NCBI GenBank assembly: GCA_016748015.1
Contig: JAAOMT010000590.1
Coordinates: 615,912 to 679,911 of the forward strand
Direction of reading: 5' to 3'
DNA: 64,000 nucleotides
Source: Geosiphon pyriformis uo1
Taxonomy: Eukaryota; Fungi; Glomeromycota
Program-made: the position numbers and the translations under genes
Notes under the pieces: generated by a model
Seen by the model: the letters and a program-made list of their open reading frames with translations, nothing else
Databases searched by the model: none
What the model was told of the DNA's origin: nothing
Part shown: positions 53,225 through 64,000 of the stretch, one piece after another
How the letters are laid out: each line of letters starts with the position of its first letter
Position numbering within the stretch: the stretch's first letter is position 1

Positions 53225-54465
53225 TCATTTTTTTCTTGGCTTTATACCGCCAGACTTCCCTTTCTTGGAAGTGATGCTCGTCCCATTTCTGCTTTTTAGT
53301 TTTTCCTGGGTCACTTTTGTAGTCTCCCCATCGTCACTCTTTTTCTTTTTTCCGAACATTTTTTCTTGTAATGCTCGGAATTCCTCCTCGGTCTTGCAAG
53401 ATAATGAGATCAGCATATCAGATTAATGCTTTGGAAAAATATCAGATTAAGCCTTTTACATACCGGTTCTTTATAATTATCAACCTGATTTATGGGTTCA
53501 TCTTCCTCGGACGGTATATTATTAGAATCCCCAGCTAATTCATCAATCTCGTCATCGATAAATTCGTCAATTTTCGCCTTTTTTTCTGACTTGATAGTTT
53601 CATCAGCTTTTCGTTTTTTACTACTACCTCCCTTCCCATACTTTTGTTCCAAGCTTTCAATTAAAGCATCCATTCGCACTTCTCCTCGTTTCTGTATAAT
53701 CTGTTTCAAGCTATTCTCTCCTGCAGCTCCACCAGCTATTAACTTTTCGTTTAAACCAATTTCTTGAGCTAATTTCTCGGCAGCTTTGGCTTCACGCTCA
53801 GCCTCTTTACGGCGACGCGCGACAGCCTTGGCAGATGACGTGGTGATAAATTTTTGGTATGGAGGTAATTGCTTTGTGGCAATCGCGTCATTTATCGTTT
53901 TTATAAAACGTGGCTCGTCTTCAACACTCGAACATGTGACATCCGCCATTATAAGGTCCATGTCACCCTTATGCTCCTTGTAAGCTTTGAGAAGATCATT
54001 GCGCTCTTCTTCTGAACCTAACAAAAGTAGAGATGCTCTTAGTTTTTGGACATTTTGAAGCTCTTGAAACCAAATTTCACCAATGGGACTCTATATTGCC
54101 AATTTACCTTGGTATTCACCACGAAACTCTTCTATAGACGTAGCGTTAACCACACCTTTCCACAGTTCTTGGAAAAACGCTTCCAAGCTCTCCTCCCCCT
54201 CTGCTAAACTTTGCAACGCATCTGTTTCTCCAGTCTTATCATACCGCTTCCGTTTCACCGGGTCATTTAAAACCGCATATGCAAAGCTTAAACTCTGAAA
54301 TTTACGCGTTGCATTTTCACGTTCTTCTTGCGAGGAGTTTATATGTTTATCAGGGTGATGTTGTAACGCTAGACGGTAATAAACCTTTTTTATTTCAGAG
54401 GGTGTAGCCGTTGGCAGTAGCTCTAAAAGGGTGTAGAGATCAGTTTGTGTTTGCCGGTAGGTCAT
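53225..54465 (-). CDS. DNAJC9: J-domain protein, DNAJC9-like (histone co-chaperone family), 3 exons
   Basis: J domain with HPD; IEEFRGEYQ|GSEEERNDLLKAY..GDMDLI..EDEPRF; RRKEAEREAKAAE; LEQKYG; EP|TEEEFRALQ. Confidence 0.85.
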
Positions 54466-54890
54466 TGTTTCAAAAGGAAAATATTTAGTATGTTTCTGAA
54501 TTGACTGCTATATTGCCAATAATTCACTTTCATTTAATGGATAAAATAGTAACTTTTACTTTTATCCTCTTATAGGATATTTTAATAAATATATGATTTT
54601 TGGAATTTTAGTTAAATAGTTATATGTACAAATTTTAATAATAATATATTGTTTTAATTAAATTTTTTATATTAATTAAACAATTATTAAAAATATATAA
54701 ATATTAATAATTTGTCAAAACAATAAAGATTATAAAATATAAATATTAAAAATCCTAAATAAAAATATAATATTAAATTTAAAGTTTTATGATAAAATTT
54801 TGCAATTAAATAAATATAAAAAGTTAAAATAACATAATTATTTTTGTTAAAATAACATAATTATTTATTGTTAAAGTTTTTATATTAATA

Positions 54891-54912
54891 TGGTTGGGCC
54901 ACACTTTGTTAA
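54891..54912 (+). mobile_element. Second very short LINE 3'-end-like stub
   Basis: GGTTGGGCCACACTT identical to 40033-40047 and similar to the LINE termini; sits at the edge of an AT-rich block. Confidence 0.4.
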
Positions 54913-55059
54913 TATAATATTAATATAAGTACCCTAGTAGAAACTAATTGGCAAATTCTAAAAAGCCCATATTTTTAGCATACAAGGTCAAAAATCTTGA
55001 ACTAAGACACATAAGCTGGTTGGGATCGTAATTATTAGGTGAAAAACATTAGGTTTCTA

Positions 55060-55459
55060 TCACTCCACCCTGGGCCACTTTGCCTTTTTGGCCTCTTTTT
55101 CCAGGCTTTCTTTGAACACATTTATGAATATTGTCGCTCGTTTCGAAGTTTCTTTAATCATCGGAGCGGCTTTGAGCGTCGTATATGGTCAATAAGGAAG
55201 TGAGTACGTTAAAAGATCAAAAATGTGCGAAATTTCTAACCTAGAAAGTCTTTACCTTGTTCTGAAACTTTTGTAACATTATCATGTGTATAATATACAA
55301 AACGTTGAAAAGTTGGACTTTCAACAAGCTATAGTAAGCTGCAAGTGTCATTTTTTCATTTTTGTAATTTGAACGTTACCCTTAGGAAGAAATCATTTTG
55401 TATACTTTTTGCGTAATATATCGCCCCGCCCAGTAATTTATTAGACGCGAAAAGACCAT
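55060..55459 (-). CDS. 78-aa small protein, Mrx7/NCBP2AS2-like; exons 55459-55406, 55328-55256, 55169-55060
   Basis: MVFSRLINYWAGRYITQK|LVESPTFQRFVYYTHDNVTKVSEQ|AAPMIKETSKRATIFINVFKESLEKEAKKAKWPRVE*; both introns GT-AG and in phase; LxxSPxFxRFV motif. Confidence 0.72.
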
Positions 55460-55837
55460 ATTAAAAATTTAATGATCTTACTCAAAAATTAGCAGCCTAT
55501 ATATATTGCATGAGAATGATAATATATCAAATATCAACACTAGATTATTAATATCAATTATTTTAGTTGACCATATTTAGAAAAGATAAGATCCTTAAAA
55601 TGATGGTTGAAAATTAATTGTTTGTTTCGTTTTATCTTTACATTTTTAGCTGTGATTGGGTGTGATTTAAAATTAACTATTATTAGGGAATATTAATCTT
55701 ATAATGAATATTTGAAAGCCGTCCAAAAGAAAATGTTAGGTGGATGAAAAAGTCTATGATATTAATTCTTTTCTATGCTAGATTGATATTTATAGCAATG
55801 ATACACTAATTGGCTATATGCTGCAACATACCACAAT

Positions 55838-57741
55838 TCAGTTTTTGTTTATACCATTTTGTGAGATTGAAGACTTGGCTCCTTGAGTATTTGACTCTGC
55901 CTTATTATCTGACGGTTTGAATGGATTGTTTTGCCTTCGGTTAGATGTTGCCATGCAACCGGGACAATTATGTAAAACATCGTGAGTAAAAACATCGCAA
56001 TCAATACAAAAGTCATTTTGGCAGGTTAGACACCGAAATCGACCGCTCGACGTTTCTAAAGATTGTTGACCGGCGGAACTTGTTATTAGAGGTGGGAAAG
56101 GGAGCAAGCATGCAAAACATTCAGTAGTTTTTGGTGCACTGAAAACAAAAAATATCTGGTCAATTAATATATATACAATAATAATCATAATAATAATAAG
56201 TTCAAAAACGTTATTTTACCTGCTCCACAGTATTTCGTGAAAATTATGAACAGGAAATAAGTGATGATAAGAACGTGCTAAATGTGGACTAGACACTAGT
56301 GTCAGACCACACACATCACATTCAGAGGGTAAATCACATATTTTCGATTGACAACGCGGACATATATAGCCCCCCAGAGAAGATTTTCCGTGGCTAAATC
56401 AAGTTTATAAATATTCAGTCAGAAACACTTGAAAAATTATTCAAGTCTTAACTTACCAAGAGCAATATGAGGGGGTTTGGTGATCCACACGTGTAGGAAA
56501 TCCCATCATCACCAACTCAGCTTTATATTGATCATATGTGACTGGAGGGGGTGGAACGATTTCAAATAAGAGATCTTTAAAATGGGCTTCGTTCAAAACT
56601 ACACCATATGTGCCTGTAGATATTTTATTAGCCGAGCGTCATCTTTAAAAGTTGAACAACATGTCAAAGACGAATGAAATTTTATTGACTACATATATAA
56701 AAACAATTAGCAAAACACGCACCTTTAGTCTTCTGACACATGTATTTACAAATTTTCACCTCGGCTGCTAATCCCACGATTGAAACGCGTATATTATCTT
56801 TAACTAGCCTATCAATCGTTTCATTAATGTCACCAGGATCGCAAGTCGTCAAAGAGCCAAATATAACGAGGATTTCGCGGGATCCATGTGCAGGAACATG
56901 ACTATTAAAATATTATTAGGACATTAATCCTGAATTACTATATTTCTTAAAAATGACATTCTTGATCAAGAGAAAATACTCACATTAAAGTAGACCTTGC
57001 TAACTCCAAAGCATTCTGAAGAGATGGTTCTCCCTCAGTATCAGTATTTTTTTTGCTTTTGAGCGCCCTAATATGATCCATAGGATTTCCTAAAATTGTA
57101 AATCTCGTTAGTTCATCCATGAACCAATTCTCTTATTCAGAGTTTCTAAACACAGGATAATTTTGATTCCAGAGACCGAAGAAAAAGGAGCTTACCAGAT
57201 AAGTCAGTTAATTTATCAGCCAATCCATCCCTAGTTACTATAATTCCCAGTTGGCTAATTGGATTCTGATCAAAATACTCAATGATGAATTGTTCAGCGT
57301 AGGAAAGCGTTAATTCTAATCGTGAGGGGCGAAGATCTTTTTCGAGCATCACTTCAGAGAGATCAAGGATTAGATACAGGTGTCGTAATATTCCACGCTG
57401 AATGATGGAGGTATCGCGTAACTGTCTTCAGATTTTTAGGAAATTTCAGTTTTGAGAATCCGTTTGACATCGAACTGCACAAAAAATCCCATGTAGTCTC
57501 ACACGCAAAGTACTAACAGATAAGAGCTTTTGTGTTAGCAGACACACCATAAAGTGATAATTCACCTCTTTCGCTTTCCGCGATTTTTCTGAATTTCCAC
57601 GATAGTTTTCAAACTTCCATCCGGGTCTTCTTGTAAAACCTCCCAACTTCTTCCGTACTCTCCCTCCCACGAATATCCATTTTGCTGATTATTGATTTGA
57701 GCTTCGTCGTCAACATCTATTTGGTCTTCAAGATTTGCCAT
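55838..57741 (-). CDS. SSL1: TFIIH p44 subunit (vWA + zinc fingers), multi-exon
   Basis: [18 protein letters not shown]; [36 protein letters not shown]; [10 protein letters not shown]; CDPGDI; [35 protein letters not shown]; [19 protein letters not shown]. Confidence 0.96.
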
Positions 57742-58082
57742 GAGAGAAAAAAAACGTTTGCAGAAATAAAATAAAATTATCCTCTATCACTCATATTAAT
57801 TTCATTTTATTACGTATCAAATTTTATTCAAACCCCCTAAAATTAAGGATTTTTTGGTTCTCGCCACAATAGATAAGTGATAATAATTGTTTATATATGT
57901 TATCATTGATTGGATAAACAACTAACTATTGCCTTGGAACTCGGGAAAAAACAGTATTTAATGGCCCTCTCGAGGCTACCAAAAAGAATCTCCCTGGTTC
58001 TATTCCTGAAAAAAGAATAGGATAATATCATCTCCTAACCTTTCGTGATATATATATTACGACAGGGGAGTTAGAGTTTGTA

Positions 58083-60218
58083 ATGTATCCTAATAAACAC
58101 ACCCGGGACAGTCAGAACGCAAAAGATGATAGTGCGAGGAATGAGTTTTTCAATAAATTTCATAAACTTACTGCTACCCCTTCTAACCCAAGGAATACAG
58201 CAGTTAACGATAGTAGCAGTAATGTTCGAAACCATAACACAAATAACAATAGGAACAATAGCATCAGCAGTGGAATTGGAAACGGTACTTCACATAACCC
58301 AAACCAAAATTTAATAACTCAAGCCAATAGCAGCCAGGTGCGTGATGCTATATGGAGTATTAGAGCAAAGAAAAGAAATACCTCAACAATTCCAGAACCC
58401 TTAGGAGATAACTCGCTTGCTAGAATGACCTCAAACATTCATGTAACTCGTAAACCAAAATTTCAACTTGAAAAAAATCCAACAGCTACTTTCCTACAAA
58501 AGGAACTTGTTCAGTCACCTATAAGTTACATTCAAACACCTTCTAGTGGAACTTCTTCAGGAGGTTATTTTCAAAGGGATACTAATATGCAATTTCCTAC
58601 GAACAATACTCAACATAAAAAAAACTTTTCATCAATGTCTATTGATACCTCTTTTAGTTCTTCGTTAGACGTATCCAGAAAATTAGATCTAATTACGCCG
58701 ACAACTTCAGTAAATTCAGCCTCATCGAATCCAAATATAAACCAATCTAACATACAACGTGATATATGGCGTCCTCAGATTGAAACCCCAGTTGATCATG
58801 ACCATAATATTATTATGTCGTTTAATAAGCCCTTGGATAGTATAGACACTAGCACAATGACTGATCGGAATTCGGAACCATCAAATTACAAGCCAGCCCA
58901 ATGGAAGGGCATGTTGTACGGGGGCAAACATGAAAATTTTGTCGCTAGTGTAAGTGTCCAACCGTTGGATGAGCGGCATGTTGATGTTGGGCTTTTCCAA
59001 ATATTATTGGAGGGATTTAAGAACATCAAAATTCAATCAATCATTCCTTTAAATTATATGTTGGAATTGATGAAGTTGGATAAAAAAAATACTCCAGAAA
59101 ACCATTCAAAATACCCAGTATCTACATTGAGTTCGCTGGATAATAAAGAACGCTTGGATAAAATTTCCAAGAGTCTCAAATGGAGCGAATATGTGGGCTT
59201 AATATTGTTGAATAACAAAATCATTATATTTCTATGCCCAACCTCTACCCGGACATGTTATGAATTACGGATACAAAGGCCTGAAAATTTTTTTGTAATG
59301 TTCCACTTGCCACTCGATCGGTTTCCATCTGCACCTATGATCCCTCCAGTAGATCTTGGTGATAATAACTGGATTAATTCGGATCTTCGCGTCTTGGAAA
59401 AATTCAATGCGGAAATTATGGCAAGATTGATTAAATTGCCAAAAAATCTACGGGAATTATTTTCCAATATTCGATTCACGGTTTTCGGGGATAAAAATTT
59501 AAATTATTTTGAAGTTAATGATATGATATGCTTGCTAAAGAGTCTCCAAAGTCATTTTGTTCCTTCAGAGGAACTCCAAGAATCGGATTTCAAAACGCTT
59601 GATGTGGTATTGGTGCATCGCAGCTACTTAAGTCAAATGTCTATGATACCGGCAATTGCCGACCTTAAACGTCAAGGCAGAGTCCGTTTCTTTGGATTTG
59701 GCTCAGATATTCGATTCCGTTCTATCATACCTAAACCGAAAGAAATATATCCCTCTGGAGGTATATTTACTGTGACATCAGCAGGATTATTATTCGAAGA
59801 TAAGGTGGTTGAACAATTAATTACTTTTATGCAAAATGCACAAGGAAATAGTACCCGAGGGATTAAGCGAAAATGGAGATTTAAAATTCATCAAGACATT
59901 TACCGATTTATGAAAGAATGCGCCGATAATTCGACTAATGAAATTATACGCGCTCGAGCGATGGAAACTTGGAAGCAGTTTGCTCGATTGTTAAGTAGTG
60001 GAATGATCGAGTATATGTTACCGATGGAAGTTCATGAACCTGTATTCGATATCTCTAATGATGAAATTCTACATTGGAGTATGCTGAAAATGAATTCCTT
60101 ATATTACAAAAAGTATCGACACTTTGTGTTAATTGATATTGTCCATTCATTGAAGATTAACCATCCTGGAATTGAAATAATGAGTTTGGATGACTTTAAA
60201 CGCACTTTCGTTGAATAA
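58083..60218 (+). CDS. Intronless 711-aa protein: disordered N-terminus, then a SPOC-like and Chp1-C-terminal-like globular region
   Basis: Uninterrupted ORF. Globular part starts at WKGML (SPOC-type WxGxL), then VLVHRSYL..LKRQGRVRFFGFG..EIYPSGGIFTVT..WRFKIH..KYRHFVLI, resembling fungal Chp1-like proteins as I recall them. CDS itself is near certain; the family call is tentative. Confidence 0.6.
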   Translation: MYPNKHTRDSQNAKDDSARNEFFNKFHKLTATPSNPRNTAVNDSSSNVRNHNTNNNRNNSISSGIGNGTSHNPNQNLITQANSSQVRDAIWSIRAKKRNTSTIPEPLGDNSLARMTSNIHVTRKPKFQLEKNPTATFLQKELVQSPISYIQTPSSGTSSGGYFQRDTNMQFPTNNTQHKKNFSSMSIDTSFSSSLDVSRKLDLITPTTSVNSASSNPNINQSNIQRDIWRPQIETPVDHDHNIIMSFNKPLDSIDTSTMTDRNSEPSNYKPAQWKGMLYGGKHENFVASVSVQPLDERHVDVGLFQILLEGFKNIKIQSIIPLNYMLELMKLDKKNTPENHSKYPVSTLSSLDNKERLDKISKSLKWSEYVGLILLNNKIIIFLCPTSTRTCYELRIQRPENFFVMFHLPLDRFPSAPMIPPVDLGDNNWINSDLRVLEKFNAEIMARLIKLPKNLRELFSNIRFTVFGDKNLNYFEVNDMICLLKSLQSHFVPSEELQESDFKTLDVVLVHRSYLSQMSMIPAIADLKRQGRVRFFGFGSDIRFRSIIPKPKEIYPSGGIFTVTSAGLLFEDKVVEQLITFMQNAQGNSTRGIKRKWRFKIHQDIYRFMKECADNSTNEIIRARAMETWKQFARLLSSGMIEYMLPMEVHEPVFDISNDEILHWSMLKMNSLYYKKYRHFVLIDIVHSLKINHPGIEIMSLDDFKRTFVE

Positions 60219-61419
60219 CCGGGAAAGACATTTGTTGATACAAAAAGGGTTGATGAAATGTCGGAAATATTCTTAAGCATTTTTTCAATCGGCTGTAAAT
60301 AAACCCATCATAGAATTCAAATTTTTCACCATTAATTACGTTGAACACTGCTCTTGTGAATATTAAAAATTGGCAGCGTCAACGGTATTTCCTAATGAAA
60401 TTGATTAAACAATCCACCATCACATCAAAAAAACTTTGCGAATGCTTGTGGAATTGTTAAATTGTCAAAACATTACACTGATTGCGACAAATAAACCATT
60501 TTTTTTCTTCATTTAAACCTGACAGTTTATTTGCCAACTTCGAACCCTGGATGCATTGCTTTGAGCGCTTTGATTTCGGCTACCGTAACGAAATGATTTC
60601 CGCCAATCTGGTGACGTTTGTAAGCGGTCAGGACGATGAATATCCGAAATTTAGCCATTTTTGCAAAGTAGAGCGATTTAACGTTGACAGGAGTGAAGGG
60701 GGGAACACCAGTTAGTTTGGAGCTTTCGGTTGTATTGCGTCAAAAGTACTTAATGACTTCACCTTTGATTTTACGGGGTTAGGGTTTATTAGATAGATGA
60801 TGAAAAGATAAAATGGGTAACTGCAGGAATAAATGAGAGTTTTCTGACATTTACGCGTCGGGCTCTTTTGCAAGGAAGTTGATCCCTTAATAAATTTCCT
60901 TGGTGCGAAGGATTGGACCACCTAATTTCTTTGTTATCCTTGCACTTAGCAGTTGAAGCGGAACCTCCTCAATCTTTTCTTTTAGATATTCTATTATTAA
61001 TTGATTTTGCTCCAGTAATCAAAAATAAAGTAGAAAAATCCTGCAATTTCAAGGATGATATTATGAAAGAAAGAAATTACTCTGCCAATTTTCAGTCGCT
61101 TACTGCTCCAATATTTTTCACTCAATAAATTTAAAAGGTTGAATTGTAATTCGAATGGTAAATTTAAATTTGAAAATAATCATTTGTCGAAACCCTTTTG
61201 TCAACGTTTGTGGTTTTCATTGTTGTTATTGCCATTGGTATTAATATTAATATTTGGGTCTAGAATAGTACTACTTTTTAAAGATAAAAGGATGCACTTG
61301 AAAGGGGACTTGTCTTAAGAATATTCGTAATACATCCGTGCGAGTTATGGTGTGTGAATTTCCAGGCCTTGCCTTTGGACAAGCATTTAATTCCAGACAA
61401 ACACGTTTGTTATAAAGCC

Positions 61420-61625
61420 TCTATAAATTAGTATTTAGCATCAATTTAGTGTCAATTTAAATCTTGAACAGTAAATCATTCCAGAAATCTCTTTCTTTCC
61501 TTTGTTATTGACGCAATTTCTCAATTTTTGTTACAAATCTCCTATAAATCAGTATTTTAGCATCAAATTTAAATTTCGAACAATAAATCATCTCTTTCTT
61601 CTTTTTGCCATTAACGTTATTTCAA
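61420..61625. repeat. Diverged ~90-100 bp tandem duplication
   Basis: CTATAAATyAGTATTT(T)AGCATCAA..TTTAAAT..GAACArTAAATCAT..CTCTTTCTT at ~61422 and ~61542. Confidence 0.75.
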
Positions 61626-61699
61626 TTATTATCTTTTTTTGTTAACAAAGTAACCTTTTAATCTTTTTTTTTTTTCAAGCTAGTTTTCAAAAATGTTAA

Positions 61700-61836
61700 T
61701 TCCACTATTATCCTTACCATTACTACCACTCTCGTTACCACCACCATTACCATTACCATTACCACTACCACTACCACTACCACTACCACCACCACCACTA
61801 CCACTACCACTACCATCATTATTACCACCATTACCA
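61700..61836. repeat. (ACCACT/ACCATT)n microsatellite
   Basis: Directly visible; source of spurious poly-V and poly-P ORFs. Confidence 0.9.
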
Positions 61837-62374
61837 AACAATAAAAGCAGTTTTTTAAGACCCTATTGGAATGAAAATTGTGGTTACCCACTATGATTGA
61901 CATTGCTGTTTCAACTTCTTCCAACATGTCTTGTTTTTCAATTTTGCAAAATTCATGATTTTCAACCTTTAGTGAATATTAATTGCCAATAAAATGCAAA
62001 AATGATAATCAAAAAAAATAACAACAACCCATAACAAATGCCAAAAAAACAGAAATACTATCAATCATACATTATCAATTAAAATATATTCTTAAGATAA
62101 TGGATGGAATTGGCCAGATTTGCTTTTAATGCAATAGTAAGATGAAGCAAAAAATGTTAAATTAAAAAAAATGAAAATGTTATTATTGAAAGAAGTTGGT
62201 TAAAACCTATAACTTTTCAATAAAAACAACTTCTTTTCAGTTATTTGGTGTGAACGAAAGTTTAGTAAATCTTTTTGAAATCATTTTATGTTACTTTTCT
62301 TCACACTTCATCAATATATCAATATCCACATCAATAAAAGCCTATTTCCAGTTTAAATAATAATGAACATTCAT

Positions 62375-62969
62375 TATGGTCTTTACATTTTGAAAAAAAG
62401 CACAAAAACAACAAATGGCCTTTTCCACACAAAATTACATGTGTTAGCAAACTTACTTATTTTCGGAAAACTAATAAGTGGAAGTTTGCCTGGGTTTATG
62501 AGATAGAAAAACAAGTCCACGAAACTCAAGTGGATAAGTTTATTTATGCAGTCTCTATTGATCCTGGCATTCCTATTAAAGGAATAGGTGAAATTGGTCA
62601 ACAAGATATTAGACGTATTAATATCAAAAAAGAACAAGTTAATACAATCAATTTCTAAACGCAAAAAGAAGAAAGCTAAAAGACTTGATAAAGCAGAATG
62701 AAATTCACAGAAAAGCTATTGCTTTTTTTAACCCATGAATTCGATCCTATCATCCGAAAAATGATTGGCTGGACACATTATCGATTTCGACAATGTTTAA
62801 TAGCCAAAGCAGAGGAATTAGGAATTAATGTTATTATCCAAAATGAAGCTTATACGTCCAAGACTTTTAGTTGGTGTGGAAACATCCAAAACATTGGATA
62901 TATAAATGTCGAAATTGTAAGACTGTAATGGATAGAGATGAAAATGGCGCTCGGGGAATTTTTTCTTAA
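62375..62969 (+). pseudogene. Decayed Fanzor/TnpB-like (IS607-type) RNA-guided nuclease fragment
   Basis: Across frameshifts: KWKFAWVYE..AVSIDPG (RuvC-I), NEIHRKAIAF-LTHEFD, RKMIGWTHYRFRQCLIAKA..IQNEAYTSKTFSWCG, YKCRNCKTVMDRDENGARGIF (Zn finger + RuvC-III). Confidence 0.85.
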
Positions 62970-63233
62970 CATTGTTTATTATTGATATATATTATAATCC
63001 ATCCAGTATACTTTTATAACAAAAAAAGTTTAATAATTTACACAAATATTAATATTAATAAATTTGCAGAATGAAACAAAGAGCATTAGGTTTCAAAACG
63101 TTACACAGGGTCTTTATTATCATTCGGTTTAGAAAAATTCAGCTATATATTAGTGTTTTTTGCCGACAAACTACCGGTCGCCGTTAATTACTTGCCTGAC
63201 AACTTTAGACTTTTACGGTCAACCCAGTTGCTG

Positions 63234-63250
63234 TTTGAAATTTGGCGCGC
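63234..63250 (+). promoter_or_regulatory. Adjacent CHR-like (TTTGAA) and E2F-like (TTTGGCGCGC) motifs upstream of DOT1
   Basis: TTTGAAATTTGGCGCGC ~45-60 bp before the ATG at 63295. Confidence 0.4.
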
Positions 63251-63294
63251 TGTTGAGCCCTAGTAAAAGGTATCCATTCAAAATTTAAATAAAA

Positions 63295-64000
63295 ATGGAT
63301 CAAGTTTCAAGACGTGTTCACTGTTCAACAACAGCGAATCCCGCAGAGTCGATCAACAAGGAAAAAACAAGCCGTGCTTTTACGAGTACTGGTTTTTGTT
63401 CAGCGCAAAAGAGGGGAAGACTTGACCTACAAGACAGAAAGACTTCACGCGCAAAAACCTCAGGAGACGCGACACCGCCACCAACTCAGAAACAAAAGCA
63501 GAAAAGAGGGTCAAATAAACAGCAAGCAAAAGAACCATCTTTTGATTTCTCTTATAGTACAAAAGCTCCTTCGTTAAAAAATTTTAAAAGTGATCAAAGA
63601 GAGGCTTTCACGGCTACATATCAGTCTTCATCCTCTCAGACTTTGTATAAGAAAAATGAGGACGAACCTGAATGTTATAGTATACCCGCAAGGCGATTAC
63701 AAGAAGTTTCTGATGACTCGGACATTGGTGAGGAAATCATTCAGCCAACACCTGTGGTCGACCGTAAAAGAGTGAATAAGATACTCAAAACTGTGTATGA
63801 TCGTACGGTTACTCCAAACGTAGAAATACTCGAAGATTATAAACGTGAGTACTTTCCTAGCATTTTTTCAACGGATCGATATAAATTAACATATCGCCAA
63901 ATATAATTAAGAAATCCTGCCTTTTGCCTATCAATGATCTTTTACCAACAGCTTGGAGTCCACAGGTGTATGGTGAATTGAAAACAAACTTGGTCCATGA
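63295..64000 (+). CDS. DOT1: Histone H3K79 methyltransferase Dot1 (partial; runs off the window; intron 63845-63951)
   Basis: Basic disordered N-terminus, then ILKTVYDRTVTPNVEILEDYK|PWSPQVYGELKTNLVH, matching the Dot1 YxRxVxP..YGEL signature. Confidence 0.82.

Noticed and set aside
60482-61128. Protein-coding gene from the short ORFs here
   Set aside because: All six frames have repeated stops, I found no consistent splice model, and no motif was recognisable.
61658-61927. Poly-V and poly-P ORFs (also poly-I at 39454 and poly-H at 20831)
   Set aside because: Translations of microsatellites or off-frame reads of real exons.
1-64000. CRISPR arrays, rRNA, tRNA genes
   Set aside because: Eukaryotic sequence; no repeat-spacer arrays, rRNA-like tracts or cloverleaf with A/B boxes seen.

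Overview
Eukaryotic, intron-rich, AT-rich fungal genomic DNA. Gene content and transposon style point to Glomeromycotina/Mucoromycota; the LINE proteins remind me of Geosiphon-type elements (inference, unverified). Bases 1-13.7 kb are a transposon graveyard. It holds three same-orientation non-LTR retrotransposon copies (a 3' stub, a 5'-truncated copy, and a near full-length ORF1 + APE-RT-RNaseH-Zn-finger copy), inactivated mainly by C>T/G>A stop codons and separated by extremely AT-rich blocks. Bases 13.8-64 kb are a compact housekeeping region: XRCC2-like, a small conserved unknown protein, RAD21, GRX5, eIF6, a W/GW-rich CCDC9-like protein, RRP42, an Rcf2-N/Rcf3-like protein, a MATA-HMG factor, a conserved TM/coiled-coil protein, CHID1, PDH E3-binding protein, a GVP36-like BAR protein, DPH5, a histidine phosphatase, DNAJC9, a hidden 78-aa Mrx7/NCBP2AS2-like protein, SSL1, an intronless Chp1-C-terminus-like protein, a decayed Fanzor/TnpB and the start of DOT1. 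Best leads: the Fanzor relic; a covarying structured 3' RNA element in the LINEs (with tiny stubs elsewhere); a hypermutation signature that does not look CpA-specific; Chp1-like and GW-hook proteins (possible RITS-like parts); and a speculative telomerase-RNA-like locus at about 60.2-61.1 kb. All family calls come from manual translation and remembered motifs, not database searches.
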